In this document: positions 58,445-64,000 of the stretch, in pieces | Numbering within the stretch: the first letter of the stretch is position 1 | How the letters are laid out: each line of letters begins with the position of its first letter | DNA from: the human T2T-CHM13v2.0 reference genome, Homo sapiens | Length of the DNA: 64,000 nt | Reading direction: 5' to 3' (one strand) | Assembly (NCBI RefSeq): GCF_009914755.1 | Contig: NC_060937.1 | The notes under the pieces: model-generated | Databases searched by the model: none | Told to the model about the DNA's origin: nothing | The model's input: the letters and a program-made list of their open reading frames with translations, nothing else | Translations under genes and position numbers: made by a program

Positions 58445-58708
58445 AGATAATCACATGGGCATCAATCACTGGCATATTATTGTGTTAGATAATTGCATGG
58501 GCATCAATCATGTGTGTATCTGGAGCAAGTCATCACGTGGGCTTCAATTTCATCTATCTGGAGGAAGGTAATTGTGTTGGAAGCAGGGAAGGGTGTGTCT
58601 ACATGGCAGATAATCACATGGGGATCAATCACATAGATATCGAGGTAGATAATCCTGTGCAGATCCATCACATGTACCAAAGTGGCTAATTACGTGGATA
58701 TCAATCAT
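58445..58708. repeat. Degenerate tandem array, 7 units, period 37-42 bp, core AGATAATCACATGGGCATCAATCAC
   Basis: Unit starts at 58445, 58487, 58527, 58566 (decayed), 58608, 58647 and 58684. Confidence 0.85.
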
Positions 58709-59059
58709 GTCAACACCCTGGTTTTCTGGTACAGGTTACACGTGAAGCACACATGTTGTGTGCCTGCTTATGTGGGAGAACAGGTCAGATGTCGCGTGCA
58801 CCCACCCAGGGGCCTGCAGCGGTGTGGTGTGTGAGGAAGCTGAGCCATTCAGAGCGTGGCCTTCCTCCACAGAGCGCTGGAAATGCCATGATTAGGGATC
58901 CTGTTGGGATTCTTTTATTTTAAGGCTTTGGCTCCTGCCAAAAGGAAATGTTCCTGGGAGGAACATGACTGCATGTAGAAGAACGTGCAGTTTGTCGTCC
59001 TCCCCTCACTGGCATCTATTTTTCCCTCCTTCAGACCTTGCCTCCCAATTCCTTCTCAC

Positions 59060-59870
<811 letters not shown>

Positions 59871-60569
59871 GGATAAAATCATCTGAGTCTTTCCTGAAGA
59901 ACAAAGTTTCATAGGAGCAGCCCCAGTAGGGGAAGGAGCAGCTCTGAGGGTGTAAGTGAGGGCAGAAGGGGAAGCTGAGGCTTAAATAACATCACCGTCG
60001 CCCTTAGTATAGGCCTTGAGCTGCTCTTGGCAACTGTCACCAGGTGCCCCCCCTCCACACGTCCCTGTTGGAGTGCCCCAGTCTCCTGGCCTCTAAGCAT
60101 CTGAGCTCAAGCTGTGAGGAACGTTTGTTAAGGACTTTTAAATGCAGGCTTAATGTTTTCCCTTTTCCCCCTGCCTATTCTTATTACTTTGATATTTATC
60201 AAATACAGTTTGTAATATTAATTACACATTAATGTTGAAGTGCAGTTCCCATCACCAAAATAAATGAAAAAATAGGTGTCCTCATGGCAAGAACCATACT
60301 GTTCCAAGGCATTCTTTTATTGCCATTTCAGTAGACAGTTGGATTTTTTTTTTTATCAGCCTGAATGTGACATCTGATAATTATTGATTTGGAAAGAGAT
60401 AAAAGTTTTGGAAAAGAAAGTAATAGAAAAAAAAGAATTCTCCTTGAAGTTAAATAGACTATTTCTTGGAAAAGCAAAATGGGAGTTTATATGCTTTGTC
60501 TACCAAATTCTGTGTGGCTAACAGCTTGTGCCTTTTCTCCTTCAGTTTTTATTCTTGTTAATACTGTCA

Positions 60570-60959
<390 letters not shown>

Positions 60960-60974
60960 TTACCTAGAATCTTT

Positions 60975-61238
60975 TTTTTAGTCCCTTTGGGCTGCTGTAA
61001 CAAAACACTGTAGATTGGGTGGCTTAAAGAACAAACATTTATTTCTTACAGTTCTGGAGGCTGGTACATCCAAGATCAAGGTGCTGGCCAGTTCCCAGTG
61101 AGGGCTTTCTCTTCTTGGTTTGCAAGTGGCTGCCTTCTTTCTGTATCCTCACATGACCAAGAAAGAAATCATCCCCATCACATTGGGGATTAGGGCTTCC
61201 ATGTAAGAATTTGGGGGGGATATATTTAGTCCATAGCA
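60975..61238 (-). mobile_element. MLT1A-like MaLR LTR, internally deleted
   Basis: GGGCTGCTGTAACAAAACAC...ATTTATTTCTTACAGTTCTGGAGGCTGG...TCCAAGATCAAGGTG. Confidence 0.85.
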
Positions 61239-61929
61239 ATCTTAAAACCTCATTTTAATTTAATAATTCCAAACTCTTTTTTGGTTATTATTGTTAAATT
61301 TCACTCAAACTTTAGACATAGCAGAATGTAGCACATTTAGTTTGAAATTCACTTATTTTGGGGGGGTCCAGACTCTAGTTGAAGTTCAGATAAACAATAG
61401 GATGGCTAATGGGAAAGGGGGGAGCTATAATGCTTCACTCATTCACAGACCTCATTTCTTAAGTCCCTCTCACCAGTGCAGTACACAAGTTCTCACTTGC
61501 TGCAGGTAAATATTTGTGAAATGAATGCATGTATGAATGAGTGACTCCATAAATGACTGGTCTCTGGCTGGAAGGCATCCCCAGGACTTTAGATGGGAGT
61601 GTGAGAGATAGACAGTGTATTCTGCACTCCAAGCTGCTTGTGTGGTCTTCCCTCTGCCCAGCATCCTTGGGTCTTGCTGGGAACATCTTAACTCATGAGG
61701 CCTTCCAGGACTACTCAGACTCAGTTATCTTCCTGGCTGTATATTCTACATGTGCTATATGTACTTTCTGTTCTGTAACATGCATCAAACCTCAAATACA
61801 CGTACAGCGCTTACCGTTCACACTAGACTGGACACTCTGCAGGCAGGGATTGGGTGTATATTGCCAGCACCCAACACTTTCCCAGCATGTGCCACTTCAT
61901 TACTCTTAGTGGAGGTGGGAATGGCATGA

Positions 61930-62397
61930 TTGTGGTGGACTCTCAAGATCTATCCCACTTCTCTGTAACCAAGCAAATCGGTAACTCATCCAAACTCAAG
62001 GGCTAAGTCTGACTAGACCAACAAGGGGTAATTCAGCCCTCCTTGCCAGCCCTGACTTTTCATCACCAGTGACAGATGTGGAGTGGCCGGCTGAAGGTTT
62101 CTAGGAAGGTTTTCTTTCCTCTTAAGAGAAGGCCATGGCAAATCAGTCTTTCCTTTCTGCTAACAATGACAAAAGGATGTGTTGCTACAGTCACTAAGGA
62201 TAGCTTGCCCTAGAACAAAGGCAACATTGTGGGTTGGAGAGTAAGTAGAGAATGAATGGGCATCCTTGATGACACTGCTCAGCTGCTGGCTTCACCAGCC
62301 CATCGCTGGATGTTGTCACATAAATGTCGTTAGTGTTTAATTAAGCCAGTCTGAATTTGGGTTTCCAATCTTCCAGCCCAATGTATCCTAACTGAAA
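61930..62397 (+). mobile_element. MLT1J-like MaLR LTR
   Basis: TTTCTAGGAAGGTTTTCTTTCCTCTTAAGAG...TTTAATTAAGCCAGT...TCCTAACTGA. Confidence 0.6.
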
Positions 62398-63649
62398 AGG
62401 AACTGCAGTGGAAAGCCTATGGGCTTTGGTGTCCAATACATTGGATTTGATTCTTCTTAGCAGTGTGAACTGACCTGACTTTCCTAATATGTGTAATGGA
62501 GAAAGTAATACTTCTCACCTGGGGTTGATGTGTGGAACAAAGAAAATATGTATGTAAAACACTTACCAGAGTGCCTAAAACACAACCAATGTTGTTTCTT
62601 TTCCATTTAGGAGATGGTTCACTTGTTGATCTGGGGGGTCCAGTGGGTTGAATTGATCAACAGTGAAATCAGTAAACTCTCTGGTCCTTTGCACATGAAC
62701 TGTCAGGTAGTTCACCGTCTAGTATGGGAGTCAGATAGACATTCGCGGTCACACTAACAGTGGGGTTCGACTACAGTCCTAACTGGAGAACAGTGTCCAG
62801 CTAACAGAGGTTGAGAGTACTGATCAAACCACACCTGAAGGCTGGAGTGCAGGTCTCGTAGCCATGAACTAGAGAACAAGAAACAGCGGAAGATGCTGAG
62901 GATGTTAATACTGAAGAAAGGACGACCAGAAAACAGAAACGACTTCAAAGAGAAAAGGGAGTGGAATCGTTCTGTGCTGCTTCAGAGGGTGGAGTGAGGA
63001 CAGACCCCATCAACAAAGGACGCAAGCTTTCACTCAACAGGAGAAATAACTGTCTGAGAATTAGCAGTGCACAAGGGCAGAGAGCGAGCACCTCATCAAC
63101 AAAGCAGCTCCCCTTCCCAGCAGCCACTCATCAGGAAGTCCTGCTGCAGGAGTTTGGGCCACATGGCCCCCAAGGGCTCTTGCAAAGATCTGGATTTGAC
63201 ATTAAACTGTTCAGCAGACTCTTGTTGTTTGGGCTACAGCAGGTGGATCTAGAGAGCTTCTCTGTTGGTTATACTGTTGCTGTTGTTTTTCTGAATTCCC
63301 TCCGTCTTTTTTCTGACTTCCTCTCTTGTTGGCCACTATAAGCACCACCCAAACTGACCTTTCACCTCTAACTGTTTTTTTTTCCATGCTCCCTTGATGA
63401 TCAGAGAGATCCTATACATGAAGACAGAGTAATGGGATTTGTGCAGCTGCAGTGCAGTTTTTAGGGAAGCGAAAGGCTCCCTGCCCTGTAGTCTTCCTGT
63501 CTCGCCTGACTTTATACCTGAAATGTTCCCTTTTCCCTCATCTTTCAACTAAGGCATCACCTCCAGAAAATACTTGATAAATGTCAATATAGTAACTGGT
63601 AAGTTGTTAATATATCACCTGTGAGGGATACCATATTAATGCCATATGC

Positions 63650-64000
63650 TTTTTAAAAAAGTGATAAAATATGCAGAACATACATTTTACCATTTAAACC
63701 ATTTTTAACTGTATAGTTCAGTGGCATTAAGAATATTCACATTGTTGTATAATCATCACCACCAGCATCTCCAGAACTTTTCATCTTCCCCAGCAGAGAC
63801 TTTACCATTCAACAATAACTCCCCATTTCCCCCTCCCGTCCCTGGCAACTCCCATTCTGCTTTCTGTCTATATGAATTTGTCTACTCTAGATACCTCATA
63901 GAAGTGGAATCATGCAGTATTTGTCCTTTTGTGACTGGCTTATTTCACTCCGCCTATTGTCTTCAAGATTCATTTGTGTTATAGTGTGTATCAAAATGTC
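63650..64000 (-). mobile_element. L1MB 3' end, running off the window
   Basis: CATCTCCAGAACTTTTCATCTTCCC...CCCTGGCAAC...GTGGAATCATGCAGTATTTGTCCTTTTGTGACTGGCTTATTTCACT. Confidence 0.85.

Noticed and set aside
58445-58708. CRISPR array interpretation of the 40-bp array
   Set aside because: Eukaryotic intron with no cas genes. Repeats are degenerate, and the linkers are short and related to each other.

Overview
Primate, very probably human, genomic DNA from inside CLYBL (citrate lyase beta-like / citramalyl-CoA lyase, 13q32, near ZIC5/ZIC2). The only convincing host coding sequence is one 187-nt + strand exon (31708-31894, CLYBL exon 2). The rest is intron: about 50 Alus, a 4.4-kb 5'-truncated L1PA4-like element with a broken ORF2, an old L1MA nested in an older L1M, L1MB/L1ME/L2/MIR remnants, DNA transposon fossils (MER30, MER5, MER91A, MER1B, MER119, MADE2) and MLT1 LTRs. 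Nearly all ORFs in the track are Alu or L1 artefacts. I see no solid evidence of a new multi-gene system. The least explained signals are: a 7-unit ~40-bp degenerate array with a conserved GATA/E-box/PBX-like core (58445-58708); an inverted copy of an Alu plus 96 bp of flank that encloses a U13 snoRNA retrocopy (41106-44072); several fully signalled cryptic exons (an in-frame 54-nt cassette, a poison exon, an antisense exon); templated-insertion scars; and motif-dense non-repeat islands that may be developmental enhancers. Repeat subfamily calls and boundaries are by eye from remembered consensus sequences and are approximate.
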